A DNA stretch of 64,000 nt from Chamaesiphon sp. (GCA_965246715.1 CBDFFH010000041.1:32001-96000); one strand, 5' to 3'. Positions 53,001 through 62,671 are shown, numbered from the stretch's first letter. Program-made: numbers and translations. The notes: generated by a model from the sequence alone, not told the origin.

Positions 53001-54211
53001 GCGTAGGATTGAGTACTGGCGGCGACTCGGTAAATATCTTCGACGCGAGCGGTAAACAGATTACTGGCATTAGCTTCGTTGATTCCACTGCCTCTTTCTT
53101 GTTTACCTTCGATAACGCGGCTGGTCTCGGTACTAGTACGCTACCGACTCCGACTGTCTCGACATTGAGCAAAGCTGGAACTAATGGCGGATTCGTCTCG
53201 TTCAACGGCTTAGAGACAGGTTCTCCAGGCTCGATCGTAACTACTCCGACTCTTAGCATTGCTGCAACTACGCCAACTGCGACCGAAACCGATAGCACCC
53301 CAGGTACTTTCCGGATTACGAGCGATGTTAAAGCTACTGCTGCATTGACCGTCAACTATACCGTGAGCGGAACTGCAACCAATGGTGTTGATTATACTCG
53401 ACTGCTTGGCACTGCGACGATCGCCACAGGTCAAACCTCTGTGGATGTTCTCCTCACGCCAGTAGATGATGTGTTGGCTGAAGGTAATGAAACCGTCTCC
53501 TTAACCTTAGCGACTGGGACTGGCTACGCTACCAATGCAACTAAATCTGCGGCGACAGTCACTGTAATTGACAACGAACCTACTCCTGTTGGTACTACTG
53601 GCAATGACAATCTGGTCGCTACTATGGGCGCTAAATTCGATGGTCAGAGCAACGTCATCTTCACTGGTGATGGTAACGACATCATCGACTTAGCGATTTC
53701 CTCCTTCGCAGGTGGCAACCGCATCGATACTGGCAATGGCAACGATACCATCTATGTCAGCACAAATGATGTCATCTTTGGTGGTAATGGCAACGATATC
53801 TTCGATGCTACTGGTGGACTCGGCGGCAACCGGATGTCCGGCGATGCTGGTAACGATACCTTCTACCTCGGTAAAGGCGATCGCGCATTAGGTGGTGCTG
53901 GCAATGACAAGTTCTACGTTCAATCTGGTGGCAGTAACCTGATCTCTGGTGGTGCAGGCAGTGACCAATTCTGGTTGGTTAATGGCGAATTACCCGATGC
54001 CCCAAACACCGTACTTGATTTCCAAATCGGTACAGATGTAATTGGCTTCACTGGTGCTGCTAGTCTGGGTATCAATGCCTCAACCATCAAGTTTACTCAA
54101 GTAGGTGCGGATACAAACATCGTGTTTGGCACTCAAACCCTAGCTACCTTGAGCGGAATTCAAGCATCGCAATTGAATGCAGCGAATTTAACTCAATTTG
54201 TATTTGCTTAA
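50060..54211 (+). CDS. Large secreted protein: LTD, 2x Calx-beta, SdiA-regulated-like propeller, cadherin-like, LTD, Calx-beta, RTX Ca-binding tail
   Basis: IIISEV..DWFEVTNTG..VDITGW (x2), DDTLVEGTET, EVSAVTYN..DPEGLTY..HEGIT, G.GND repeats. Confidence 0.85.
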   Translation: MAIIISEVNPSGSTRSYGADWFEVTNTGSSAVDITGWSIDDNSHISTAAVLLRGLLSIPAGKSVVFIENSSTTVTDATVLTNFQTAWFGNATTSVPTGFTYGFYGGSGVGLSGSGDEVNLFDAKGGWVTGIGFGVATPGVAPAAGQTFDNTAGVALSALAATSPLVSTLSVVGTNGAFLSADSLDIGSPGKISAAVVTPAVNLSVSSNAGSETDKSVITVTATATSAVTTVQTVALAVTGTGITAGDYTLSSPTITIPSGATSGTATFTVVDDTLVEGTETAILTISSPSAGIVLGTTTTQNLIITDNDGVIVTPVVTPAVNLSISSNAGSETAKSVITVTATATSAVATAQTVALAVTGTGITAGDYTLSSPTITIPSGATSGTATFTVVDDTLVEGTETAVFTISSPSAGIVLGTTTAQNLIITDNDGVVVPPVVTPPKNNTSIDLSTYVQVGRYDLPEPSHPGTVTPPGSLLAQEVSAVTYNWDTDTLFVEGDGGTSIVQIDKQGKLINSMTLAPDPAKPQGTYFYDPEGLTYVGGGKFVLQEERYRQANLFTYVPNATLYGDKTVDAAGKIIAGGGVQTVKLGTTIGNIGTEGITYDPFSSGFVLVKETGPEGIFQTTIDFAKGTASNGSPTTENSVNLFDPTILGLADLADVYSVSTLASQIGKDDYDHLLVLSQESGKVVNIDRTGKIYSTLTIDPKANGLTTPLTNAAVTPNVVDQSHEGITMDKNGFLYVTSENGGGDITRPQLWVYAPTGAVTPNQAPTAVTLNNPVKTIAQTTSTTTAVKIADIAITDDGKGTNNLSVTGADASAFEISSGALFLKAGTTLNSTTKASYSATVNVDDPTVGTTPDASTTFTLGVTGTVVNPPASASIVITEASPWSSGNSAYAADWFELTNTGTTAVDITGWKMDDNSNSFGSSVALRGVTSIAAGKSVIFIEGLADGSTDKAIDAKFSTTWFGTETPPAGVVIGNYGGSGVGLSTGGDSVNIFDASGKQITGISFVDSTASFLFTFDNAAGLGTSTLPTPTVSTLSKAGTNGGFVSFNGLETGSPGSIVTTPTLSIAATTPTATETDSTPGTFRITSDVKATAALTVNYTVSGTATNGVDYTRLLGTATIATGQTSVDVLLTPVDDVLAEGNETVSLTLATGTGYATNATKSAATVTVIDNEPTPVGTTGNDNLVATMGAKFDGQSNVIFTGDGNDIIDLAISSFAGGNRIDTGNGNDTIYVSTNDVIFGGNGNDIFDATGGLGGNRMSGDAGNDTFYLGKGDRALGGAGNDKFYVQSGGSNLISGGAGSDQFWLVNGELPDAPNTVLDFQIGTDVIGFTGAASLGINASTIKFTQVGADTNIVFGTQTLATLSGIQASQLNAANLTQFVFA
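50648..51367 (+). repeat. Intragenic 360-bp tandem duplication (Calx-beta units)
   Basis: Near-identical units starting at 50648 and 51008. Confidence 0.85.
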
Positions 54212-54286
54212 ATAGTCATCCATTCAGAGCGCGATGATATTTTACGGGTAGTAATGCTCGATCTTTATAATCTCGCTCTGCTTTGT

Positions 54287-54330
54287 ATCCAGACTAGACG
54301 ATCGAGCCTCGATCGTCTAGTCTGGATTTT
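54287..54330. terminator. Hairpin terminator between convergent genes
   Basis: ATCCAGACTAGACGATCGAG-c-CTCGATCGTCTAGTCTGGAT. Confidence 0.75.
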
Positions 54331-54340
54331 TCAGCTGATA

Positions 54341-55263
54341 TTAAGTCTGTGCAACCCTAGCATTTTGTTGGATACTCCACAGCCCAGCATAAATACCCCG
54401 TGCGGCAACTAATTCTTCATGAGTACCAGATTCAACTAATTGCCCTTGCTCCATCACGTAAATCCGATGTGCATTGCGGATCGTCGATAAACGATGGGCG
54501 ATCGCGATGGTGGTACGATCGCGAGTAATGCGATCGAGCGATCTTTGAATGGCAGCCTCAGTCTCATTATCTACTGCCGAAGTTGCCTCATCGAGAATCA
54601 AAATTGGTGGATTCTTTAACACCGCTCTAGCAATTGCAATCCGCTGGCGTTGTCCCCCCGATAAAGTCATCAGCTTCGGCAATTGTAGCCGCAGCGATTA
54701 CTGCGTTTAAATCTGCATCATAATTCGCATACGCAATATTTTCCCTTACCGAACCGTGAAATAAGAATACATCTTGACTGACCAAACCGATCGATTTTTG
54801 CAAGTCCGCCAGATGTAAATCTCGAATATTTATCCCATCGAGAGTAATCGCTCCCGATTGAATTTCATAGAGACGGAGTAATAACTTCACTAACGTACTT
54901 TTGCCCGAACCCGTCGCGCCGACGATCGCGATCGTTTTACCAGCAAGTATGAGTAATGATAAATTTTTAACAGTAGTAGTGCGTCCCTGATAAGCAAACG
55001 TCACATCTTTTAGTTCGATCTCACCCTGCACCGATGGTAGTGCCAAATGACCAGAATCGATCGCTACAGGCGTATCGAGGAGATCGAATACCCGATGCGT
55101 CGATGCCATCCCGCGTTGATACAGATCTAATGTTTCACCCAATCTCGTCAACGGCCATAATAAGCGTTGGGTGAGATAAATGAGGATACTATAAGTACCG
55201 ACTGCCAATTGTCCGTTTACCGCTGCCAATCCGCCTAATAATAGTGTCATTGTAAAACTAAAT
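54341..55263 (-). pseudogene. ABC exporter C-terminal remnant (last TM plus NBD) with internal deletion/frameshift
   Basis: [32 protein letters not shown]; no start, abuts MITE; segment before the signature motif is missing. Confidence 0.85.
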
Positions 55264-55384
55264 GGCTCTCCTGGGTTTGTGGTAGAAAATATATCTTAGG
55301 CTACGGTTTTCGGCAGCGATCGGTCTTGAAAGCATTACAGGACTTAATACAAGTAACGCTTATCACCAAATACCCAGGAGACCC
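55264..55384. mobile_element. 121-bp ISL3-like MITE
   Basis: TIRs GGCTCTCCTGGGTTTGTGGT / ACCAAATACCCAGGAGACCC; no flanking duplication. Confidence 0.65.
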
Positions 55385-55385
55385 T

Positions 55386-55855
55386 AATTCTAGAGCAATT
55401 AGTAGTTGTTCTTGATTGAGCTTAGTTGGAGTTTGTTCCAACCGAATCTTTGGTTCAACATGACCAAGCTCTGTTTAGAGAAAGAGGAAGAACGAGAACT
55501 GATTGAGACTAATCAAATCTTAGTACGTCGTCTAGATAGTCCCTACGCACTAGCACAAGTAGTAAAAAATGGCGATCGCCATGCCAAGATTTTAGCAGCA
55601 CACAATCCAAAAACGCCGATATCGACACTAGCTCAACTAGCGAAAGATTCGGATACAGTTATCCAAAGTTATGTAAGTAACAATCCTAGTTTACCGCCCG
55701 ATATATTACTCTAACTTATCCGAGATCCGGATGCAAAAGTTCGGAAGTCGGCAAGCAATAACCCAAATTTACCGTTAGATTCTTTACTCAAACTTACTAT
55801 AGATCCTAGCGTTGAGGTTCGGATTAATTTGGTTGAATATCGAGATAAGCGTGAA
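55386..55855 (+). pseudogene. LRV-repeat protein fragment
   Basis: AAHNPKTP..L.QLAKD, VSNNPSLP..L*LIRDPDAKVR..ASNNPNLP with internal stop. Confidence 0.7.
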
Positions 55856-55857
55856 GT

Positions 55858-55990
55858 TGCCAAAACAATCGATGGCTGATTCCAATGTGCCTTCATCGGT
55901 TAACGCTGGGGTCTGGGATAATAAATTTGAGGTAGTCGTCATGGCTGTTTTTCTTTTGTCTAGCCAGACTCTACCCTTTTCCTACTCTTT
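55858..55990 (-). mobile_element. Possible ISH3-like transposase 5' remnant
   Basis: MTTTSNLLSQTPALTDEGTLESAIDC from ATG 55942 resembles, from memory, N-termini of cyanobacterial ISH3-family transposases. Confidence 0.4.
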
Positions 55991-56360
55991 GCGATCTACT
56001 GAGTTTATTAACGATCCAGCCTACGCAAAATATCGTCAAGCTCGTCAGTCTGGTAGTATCAGCAGCCTTCATCTAATCGATGACACTGATTTGGCAGGAA
56101 CTATCCGTTATTTACCAAAAGGTTAATATCGCCAATAATTTAGAAGATGTAGCAACCTTTCTAGGGATTTAGCTCCTTTATGGGGATCGAAAGCATATTC
56201 TCAATAGTCTTAGCTTATTGAAAATACAATCGCTACGATCCAATGGCTTCGTTTTAATTATGTTTCGAGCGCTTGGACTAGCGGAATGTGGGTTTTGAGC
56301 AAAGCTACGTCGTCTTGACCAAAACCCACGCTGAGAAGACCTCAGCGCGATTTTGGTCGC

Positions 56361-56681
56361 AAATTTGGCTTTGCTAATGTCGATGCCGAGTATATCTAAC
56401 TCTTGGTTTGAACTACTCATCTCTAGTTTCTGTGTGCTAAAGGGCCACTTCAACCGCAATTAGTGGCGATAAACTATCCTTATAAATGCAGGTTTACCCG
56501 ATCGACGATCTGGCGACCGCTGATACTGTCGAGTTTTGACTGGTGCCACTGTTTAAACTCAGGTGATTCGATCTACACTAACGGGCTTGGTGTCCCTAGG
56601 GGCAATCCGAATTTCCCTTTGCCTTTTGCTGTTGACGAGCGATCGCAGATTTTACTCTTTGACCTTCCGTTCGGATACAAG
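56361..56681 (-). mobile_element. Truncated IS110-family (IS621-like) element, left end plus first 20 codons
   Basis: MSSSNQELDILGIDISKAKF (ATG 56420); left junction ATTACCC-CT-TGTAT inside a REP. Confidence 0.85.
56465..56640 (-). ncRNA. Putative IS110 bridge RNA
   Basis: Ordered guide-like segments ATTGCCCCT, AGTGTAG, ACAGTATC and TATAAG in IS621-like spacing; ends approximate. Confidence 0.7.
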
Positions 56682-56705
56682 GGGTAATTCATGAATTGCC
56701 CCTAC
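56680..56705. repeat. GTAG-type REP interrupted by the IS110
   Basis: AGGGGTAATTCATGAATTGCCCCTAC palindrome. Confidence 0.8.
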
Positions 56706-56722
56706 TGAATTGCTCCTTCACC

Positions 56723-57421
56723 TTACAACCCATCATTGTTGATAACTCCCAATCGATAGCCCTTACCATAGACAGTCTGAATCAACTCTGGAGCGCCTTT
56801 TACTTCGATTTTACGCCGTAGGAGCCGGACGAGTGCAGCGAGGACATTACTATTCGGCGGCGTAGTTTGACCCCATAAATATGCTTGAAGGCGTTCGTGG
56901 GTAACGACTTGTCCAGCATACTGCATCAAATAGCTGAGTAATTGGGTTTCTTTATCTGAGAGTTCGATACTGCGACCGTGCAGATAGGCAAGTTGATTGT
57001 CCGCATCCAATTCGAGTTCGTCTACTTGCAACTTAGAGTGAGTTGGATGGGGATCGACATTGTGAACTCGCCGCAGCAGCGCGCGGACTCTCGCTAGTAA
57101 TTCCCGCAGCTCGAACGGTTTGACTAAATAGTCGTCAGCACCTGCATCCAAGCCAAGGACGCGATCGTCGAGTGTATCCTTAGCCGTCAAAAATAAGACA
57201 GGGGTGAGATCGCCACGCGATCGCAACTGTTGACAAATTTGTAACCCGGTCAGGTCTGGCAACATCCAATCCAAAATTAGTAGGTCGTAATCTCCAACAC
57301 TTACCAAATTAGCTCCAGTGCGACCATCTGCGGCGACATCGATGACATAACCTTCCCTAGTTAACAGCCGACTCAATGGTTCGGTCAAAGCAGGTTCGTC
57401 ATCCACAAGCAAAATTTTCAT
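56723..57421 (-). CDS. OmpR-family response regulator (RppA-like)
   Basis: MKILLVDD, LDWMLP, FLTAKD, KPFEL, wHTH with NSNVLAALVRLLRRKI, TVYGKGY. Confidence 0.9.
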   Translation of the reverse strand: MKILLVDDEPALTEPLSRLLTREGYVIDVAADGRTGANLVSVGDYDLLILDWMLPDLTGLQICQQLRSRGDLTPVLFLTAKDTLDDRVLGLDAGADDYLVKPFELRELLARVRALLRRVHNVDPHPTHSKLQVDELELDADNQLAYLHGRSIELSDKETQLLSYLMQYAGQVVTHERLQAYLWGQTTPPNSNVLAALVRLLRRKIEVKGAPELIQTVYGKGYRLGVINNDGL

Positions 57422-57810
57422 ATCGAGTTTGTGAGACAGAAATGAACGATCTGGAGTAGTGCGAGGGTATGATAAGAGCAAATAGACTCAAGATTAGCTA
57501 TCATCGGGTAGCTCACCTATCTCGCTCCAAAATTAGTTAATAATCTTATCTTCAGTGCTGGCTTGGCATCCAGGTATCCAATCTTTGTCGCGTTCTAGCT
57601 AAAAATGTTATGGGGCTATAATTGTGAAGCCGGGTGGCATAATATTTATTTTATATTGTGTCCGTTCTGTAATTATCATTCCGAACTACTTCGCAATCGA
57701 TATTCTACTGCCAGAATCGATCGACAGCGCAAATGAATTCGACAACTAGCCCTGTCGATCGATTTAGTAAATCCTTTATCGCTCCTTAGTTCGAGGCGTA
57801 AATCCAGGTT

Positions 57811-59478
57811 ATGCAACCACCAATTACATTGGGAACACTGCTACAACAGCGTTACCTCGTGACCAAAGTGTTAGGTCAAGGGGGTTTTGGTCGTACTTAT
57901 CTATCTCAAGACACAGGATGTTTTGATGAGATGTGCGTGCTAAAAGAATTTAGTCCCACCGATCGCGGTCGCGACGCAATGAAAAAGTCTAAGGAGCTAT
58001 TTCAGCGTGAAGCTCAAGTATTGTACCAGATTAACCATCCACAGATTCCCAAGTTTCGTGCCAACTTTGAAGAGCAAAAACGGCTGTTTTTGGTGCAAGA
58101 ATATGCTGAAGGCAAAACAGTAGCCAAAACACTCAGCGAACGTCTCAAAAACAGCAAAACTTTTACCGAAGCCGAAGCCGTCAAATTTTTGCAAGATATG
58201 CTGCCCGTGCTTACGCATATCCATAATATGGGCATCATCCACCGGGATATTTCACCTGATAATATTATTTTTCGCGATCGCGATAAACTCCCAGTACTAA
58301 TCGACTTTGGTGTGGTCAAAGCTGGCGTGACACAACTAGAAGTATCCACCCAAATTCATCAAGGAACTACTGTCGGTAAAGCTGGTTATGCTCCTGGCGA
58401 GCAACTTCAAACTGGAGAAGCTTATGCCAATAGCGACTTATATGCCTTAGCTGTCACAGTTGTGGTGATGATGACCGGACGTAAGCCGGAAAGTCTGATC
58501 GACAAAAGTACGATGACGTGGAAATGGCATCAATGGGTACCGACGCTCACACCTTGGTTTGCCAAAATCCTCAATAGAATGCTCAGTCGGGTGCCCAATA
58601 GCCGCTATCAATCCGCCAACGAAGTCGCGCAAGCTTTGCGATCGGTATCGGACTTCATTGGCACATCAGGCACAGACCCAGATACACAGCCGACCGATCT
58701 CAGTCAAGTTCGCGAAGCATCCCGTCAACAACCCAGCTCCGAGCCGCCAACATCAACGAACTCGCGATCGTCAGTACCGCTGTCGCGCGGCAAACGGACG
58801 ACTGGAGTTAAGTCCAATGCCAAGGTTAATAAGTCCTCGCACCAAAATCCCCTTCGTGGTATTCTCAATTCTCCGTGGGGAATTGCGCTAGGTTCGGCAG
58901 CAGCATTTATGGTCGTCATCGTGCCATTATTCTTTGCCATCAAATCGATGATGCCATCAAATACAGGCAATAAAACTTCTGATGTAATCGCCACTCCAAC
59001 TGTTGTACCAGCGGTCTCGAACGCTCCTGTCAGTCAGACCCCAGAAGTCACAACTCCCACACCATCGCCTGTAGCGACAACCCCTGCAACAACAGCAGTG
59101 GCTGAAAACTTAGTAGTTGAAGTCGGTAAATCTAGCATCAAAGAAGGTCTGCTCGACCCAACCCGCCCGACCGTAATTAGTATCGGGAATTTGGTTGCTG
59201 GGCAAAAACTCAAAGCTAGCTTAATCGTCAACCCACCTGGGGCAACAATGAATATCATGGCCCCAAACCAGGCAAATGTGGATGTCTATGCCAAAAATAG
59301 CGTTAACTGGGAAGGGATGTTGCCGCTAGCTGGTGACTATCGGATCGAGATCGTCTCGTCGCCAGGAGTTACCCCAGCTAACTACAAATTGGAAGTTAGT
59401 ATCACAACTGCTGTTGGTACTGCCGCGCCGACTCCGACTCCAGCAGCTACTCCACTCGGTACGCCAGCCGTCAGGTAA
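57811..59478 (+). CDS. Membrane-anchored Ser/Thr protein kinase
   Basis: LGQGGFG, HRDISPDN, IDFG, SDLYAL; TM helix, P/T-rich linker, PPC-like C-terminus. Confidence 0.93.
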   Translation: MQPPITLGTLLQQRYLVTKVLGQGGFGRTYLSQDTGCFDEMCVLKEFSPTDRGRDAMKKSKELFQREAQVLYQINHPQIPKFRANFEEQKRLFLVQEYAEGKTVAKTLSERLKNSKTFTEAEAVKFLQDMLPVLTHIHNMGIIHRDISPDNIIFRDRDKLPVLIDFGVVKAGVTQLEVSTQIHQGTTVGKAGYAPGEQLQTGEAYANSDLYALAVTVVVMMTGRKPESLIDKSTMTWKWHQWVPTLTPWFAKILNRMLSRVPNSRYQSANEVAQALRSVSDFIGTSGTDPDTQPTDLSQVREASRQQPSSEPPTSTNSRSSVPLSRGKRTTGVKSNAKVNKSSHQNPLRGILNSPWGIALGSAAAFMVVIVPLFFAIKSMMPSNTGNKTSDVIATPTVVPAVSNAPVSQTPEVTTPTPSPVATTPATTAVAENLVVEVGKSSIKEGLLDPTRPTVISIGNLVAGQKLKASLIVNPPGATMNIMAPNQANVDVYAKNSVNWEGMLPLAGDYRIEIVSSPGVTPANYKLEVSITTAVGTAAPTPTPAATPLGTPAVR

Positions 59479-59577
59479 TTTTGTGCTAATTACATAATTG
59501 AGATCTTCTACCCTCAGTGCAGGTTCCGCCACCAAGTAAAATCTAGAGATACCTGCCGATCGATTTAACCGTAAATT

Positions 59578-59976
59578 ATGGATAACGAACTAGTCGAGCG
59601 CCAGATCTTTGATGACTCGATCGCGAACTTGGGACTCGATCGCATCAGCCGTCATATTCTGATTTGTGCCGACCAAACGAAACCGCTATGTTGCGATCGT
59701 GCTGCTAGTTTAGAATCGTGGGACTATCTCAAACGCCGCCTCAAAGAATTAGGTCTCGATCGGCCTAACGCAGATGAGGGCTGTATTTTTCGGACGAAGG
59801 CAAACTGTTTGCGTGTGTGTCATCACGGGCCGATTGTTGTTGTTTATCCTGACGGTGTTTGGTACCATTCTGCTACACCAGCAGTAATCGAACGGATTAT
59901 TCAAGAGCATCTATTAGCCGATCGGATCGTCACAGAATACGCATTTTTAACACATCCATTAATTAAAGTAGATTGA
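59578..59976 (+). CDS. Thioredoxin-like (2Fe-2S) ferredoxin
   Basis: [23 protein letters not shown]. Confidence 0.88.
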   Translation: MDNELVERQIFDDSIANLGLDRISRHILICADQTKPLCCDRAASLESWDYLKRRLKELGLDRPNADEGCIFRTKANCLRVCHHGPIVVVYPDGVWYHSATPAVIERIIQEHLLADRIVTEYAFLTHPLIKVD

Positions 59977-60580
59977 GATCGATCGGTACTAACATTTCTG
60001 GCTAAAGTGTCTGCGAGATCGTCAAATCTTACCGCGATCCATGCCCGAGATTGCTCTATTTATCGCATCGAAGTAGCAGCGGCAATCCTTTAAATCGATC
60101 GCTGCGAGAACTTTTAATTTTATCTACTAGTCCGAGCTTATTTATAATTCGGCTACAATGATTACCACTCAAGTGCAATCTTAGAGTATTATCTAGAGAC
60201 ACCCACCCCTGAATACTTCCGGCCAAAGCCTTTCTGTCTAGGAGGATTCGACTGACAGCAGCTTCGTTACCTCAAAGACTAGGTGGCGGATTTCAAGGCT
60301 GTAAATATCTAGACCAAATCTGCCGAATATCTATATTTGGTCGAATCGATCGCTTAGCTACTAACATTAAAATGCTTTCTTTAGAACGATGTTGTTTGAG
60401 TGAGTTTAATAATAGGTAGTAGTTCGATTGCTGTCGTGGCGATTCGGGTTTCCCAAAGTAAAAACCGTGCTGCTCCGATTGGAGCGGTTGCGCTAACGAG
60501 ATCGACGGCAAGCCGTTCGGATTAGGTGGTTAAATATAAATTCTCTGTTATTACAAACGATTAACTCTAGTCAGAAGATT

Positions 60581-61228
60581 ATGAAAGCAGTTGGTGGAAA
60601 AGATCGCAAACGATTACTATTAATCGATGATGACCCCAATCTCATCTTGTTAGTCAAGGATTATCTAGAGTTTCGGGGCTATGAAGTGGTCACTGCCGAC
60701 AATGGGAAAGAAGCGTTGCAACTGCTCTCTCAAGATCTCCCTGACATGATCGTTTGTGACATCATGATGCCAGAAATGGATGGTTATGGCTTGATCGAGA
60801 ATGTCCGTCAAGATCCGCGTACCAGTTGGATTCCCGTGCTATTTCTCTCGGCGAAAGGTCAAAGCCAAGATCGGATCAAGGGTTTGAACTTGGGTGCTGA
60901 CGTGTATATGGTCAAACCCTTCGAGCCAGAAGAACTCGTCGCTCAAGTCGAGTCCTCGCTCAAACAAACCAATCGGCTGTTATTACATAACGACGGCATC
61001 GGTGAAGATAACTCCCCGATTCAAGTTCCGGCATGTGTGGAACTGACACCCACCGAACTCAAAGTCGTGCAATTAGTTGCCAGAGGACTCGCAAATCGGG
61101 AAATCGCCCAACAGATGAATGTCAGCCAACGGACGATCGAAAGTCATGTATCGAACATGCTCGGCAAAACAGGTTTGAGTAATCGCACAGAATTAGCACG
61201 GTGGGCGATCGAAACCAGAATGGCGTAA
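60581..61228 (+). CDS. ycf29: NarL/LuxR response regulator (Ycf29/Rre1-like)
   Basis: LLLIDDDPNL.LLVKDYLEFRGY, LTPTE..V..LVARG, SQRTIESHVSNML. Confidence 0.85.
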   Translation: MKAVGGKDRKRLLLIDDDPNLILLVKDYLEFRGYEVVTADNGKEALQLLSQDLPDMIVCDIMMPEMDGYGLIENVRQDPRTSWIPVLFLSAKGQSQDRIKGLNLGADVYMVKPFEPEELVAQVESSLKQTNRLLLHNDGIGEDNSPIQVPACVELTPTELKVVQLVARGLANREIAQQMNVSQRTIESHVSNMLGKTGLSNRTELARWAIETRMA

Positions 61229-61235
61229 TAAGTTA

Positions 61236-61310
61236 ATGTCAGTTTGGGATAAGAAGAGCCTAGAGACTGGAAGTCTCCGCTCATGATGCAAAGTCCGCCT
61301 ACGCGGACTA
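61236..61310. mobile_element. Partial copy of the IS982-like MITE end
   Basis: Matches the reverse complement of ~715-778 (GTCAGTT.GGGATAAGAA.AGCCT.GAGACTG...CTCATGATGCAAAGTCCGCC). Confidence 0.7.
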
Positions 61311-61399
61311 AATTTCCGGCTCTTCATTACCTAGCCAGTAGGGTGGGCAATGCCCACCACCAGGGTTTGAGCTGATTTCTAGATCGCAAACTTTAGTTT

Positions 61400-62671
61400 T
61401 CATTTACCTCGATACATTTCAGTAACCACTGTCGCTAAACGTTTCATCGCGATCGCAATATCTTCATCGCTGGCGGTAAGACTGATACGGATGCATTGTT
61501 GTTTGTGTGCCCAGTCTTCGCGCAAACCAGGGAAAAATGAATTGCCAGGGACGACGATAATACCGACTTGCTTGAGGGCTTGATACAGTTCCCAATCGGT
61601 TCCGGGGAGATCTTGGAACCACATCCACGCAAAAATCGCGCCTTCGCCCCGGTGCAGGAACCAGGGCAGATCTTGGGGCATCGATTCATTCAATCCGGCT
61701 TCGAGGACGGTGAATTTGTGCTGGTAATATGGACGAATGACGCTAGTTGCCAAATCTGCTAACCGCCCACTGGCAATGGCTTTAGCCGCGATCGCTTGTC
61801 CGTAGCGGGAGGAGTGGATGCACATATTAGTTTGGAATGATTCCAACGCACCAATGTATTTTTCACTACCTAAAGCAATCCCGATTCTTTCTCCAGGCAA
61901 TCCCGCCTTGGATAAGCTCATACAGTGCAGAATATTTTCACCAAATACCGGAGTCATCTCTGTAAAGTTGAGTGCTGGAAATGGTGGGGCATAAGCCGAA
62001 TCGATCAACACTGGCGCATCGTAACTAGCTGCTAGAGCGGCGATCTTCTGGACTTCTTCATCTGTAAGCACATTACCTGTGGGATTGCAGGGACGCGAAA
62101 ATAAGACGCAACCAGTATCTTCACAGATTTGTAACTGACTGAAATCTGGGCGATATTTAAAGCTATGATGGGCAGCATCGATATCTAACGTCGGCTTATA
62201 AGCAACTACCGAATCTGGTGCGATTGCCATCCCCCCATAACCCGTATAATCGGGACTCAACGGTAAGACTACCTGTTTCATGTTTCCGCTAGCCGTATGC
62301 CCACCAAAGGCATTGGTGGCATAGAAATATAGACTTTGGCTGCCAGGAGTGATTAAGACATTTCGCGCAGTCAAAGCCAGCTGATAACGCTGATTAAAAT
62401 CGGTGACGATCGCATCGATTAAGGGTTGATAACCTTGACTCGACCCATATCTACAGACAACTTCGCCATAATCGGGACCAGCTAATAATTCATGTGTATA
62501 ATCTCGCCACATTTGCTCGATCTCTGGCAAAATCACTGGATTACCCGCGCTCAGATTGATAAACTCTTGCCCTTTTCGAGCTGAGAGCGTCTCTTGAATA
62601 TCCTTCATGATGGCGCGAACGCCGCTCAGATTGGACATTTGGGTGCCGATTTGCGATAGTGCGAGATTCAT
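61400..62671 (-). CDS. avtA: Valine-pyruvate aminotransferase
   Basis: GVRAIMKDI, LSAGNP, SRPCNPTGNV, DSAY, SLSKAGLPGERIG, GAIFAW. Confidence 0.92.
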   Translation of the reverse strand: MNLALSQIGTQMSNLSGVRAIMKDIQETLSARKGQEFINLSAGNPVILPEIEQMWRDYTHELLAGPDYGEVVCRYGSSQGYQPLIDAIVTDFNQRYQLALTARNVLITPGSQSLYFYATNAFGGHTASGNMKQVVLPLSPDYTGYGGMAIAPDSVVAYKPTLDIDAAHHSFKYRPDFSQLQICEDTGCVLFSRPCNPTGNVLTDEEVQKIAALAASYDAPVLIDSAYAPPFPALNFTEMTPVFGENILHCMSLSKAGLPGERIGIALGSEKYIGALESFQTNMCIHSSRYGQAIAAKAIASGRLADLATSVIRPYYQHKFTVLEAGLNESMPQDLPWFLHRGEGAIFAWMWFQDLPGTDWELYQALKQVGIIVVPGNSFFPGLREDWAHKQQCIRISLTASDEDIAIAMKRLATVVTEMYRGK

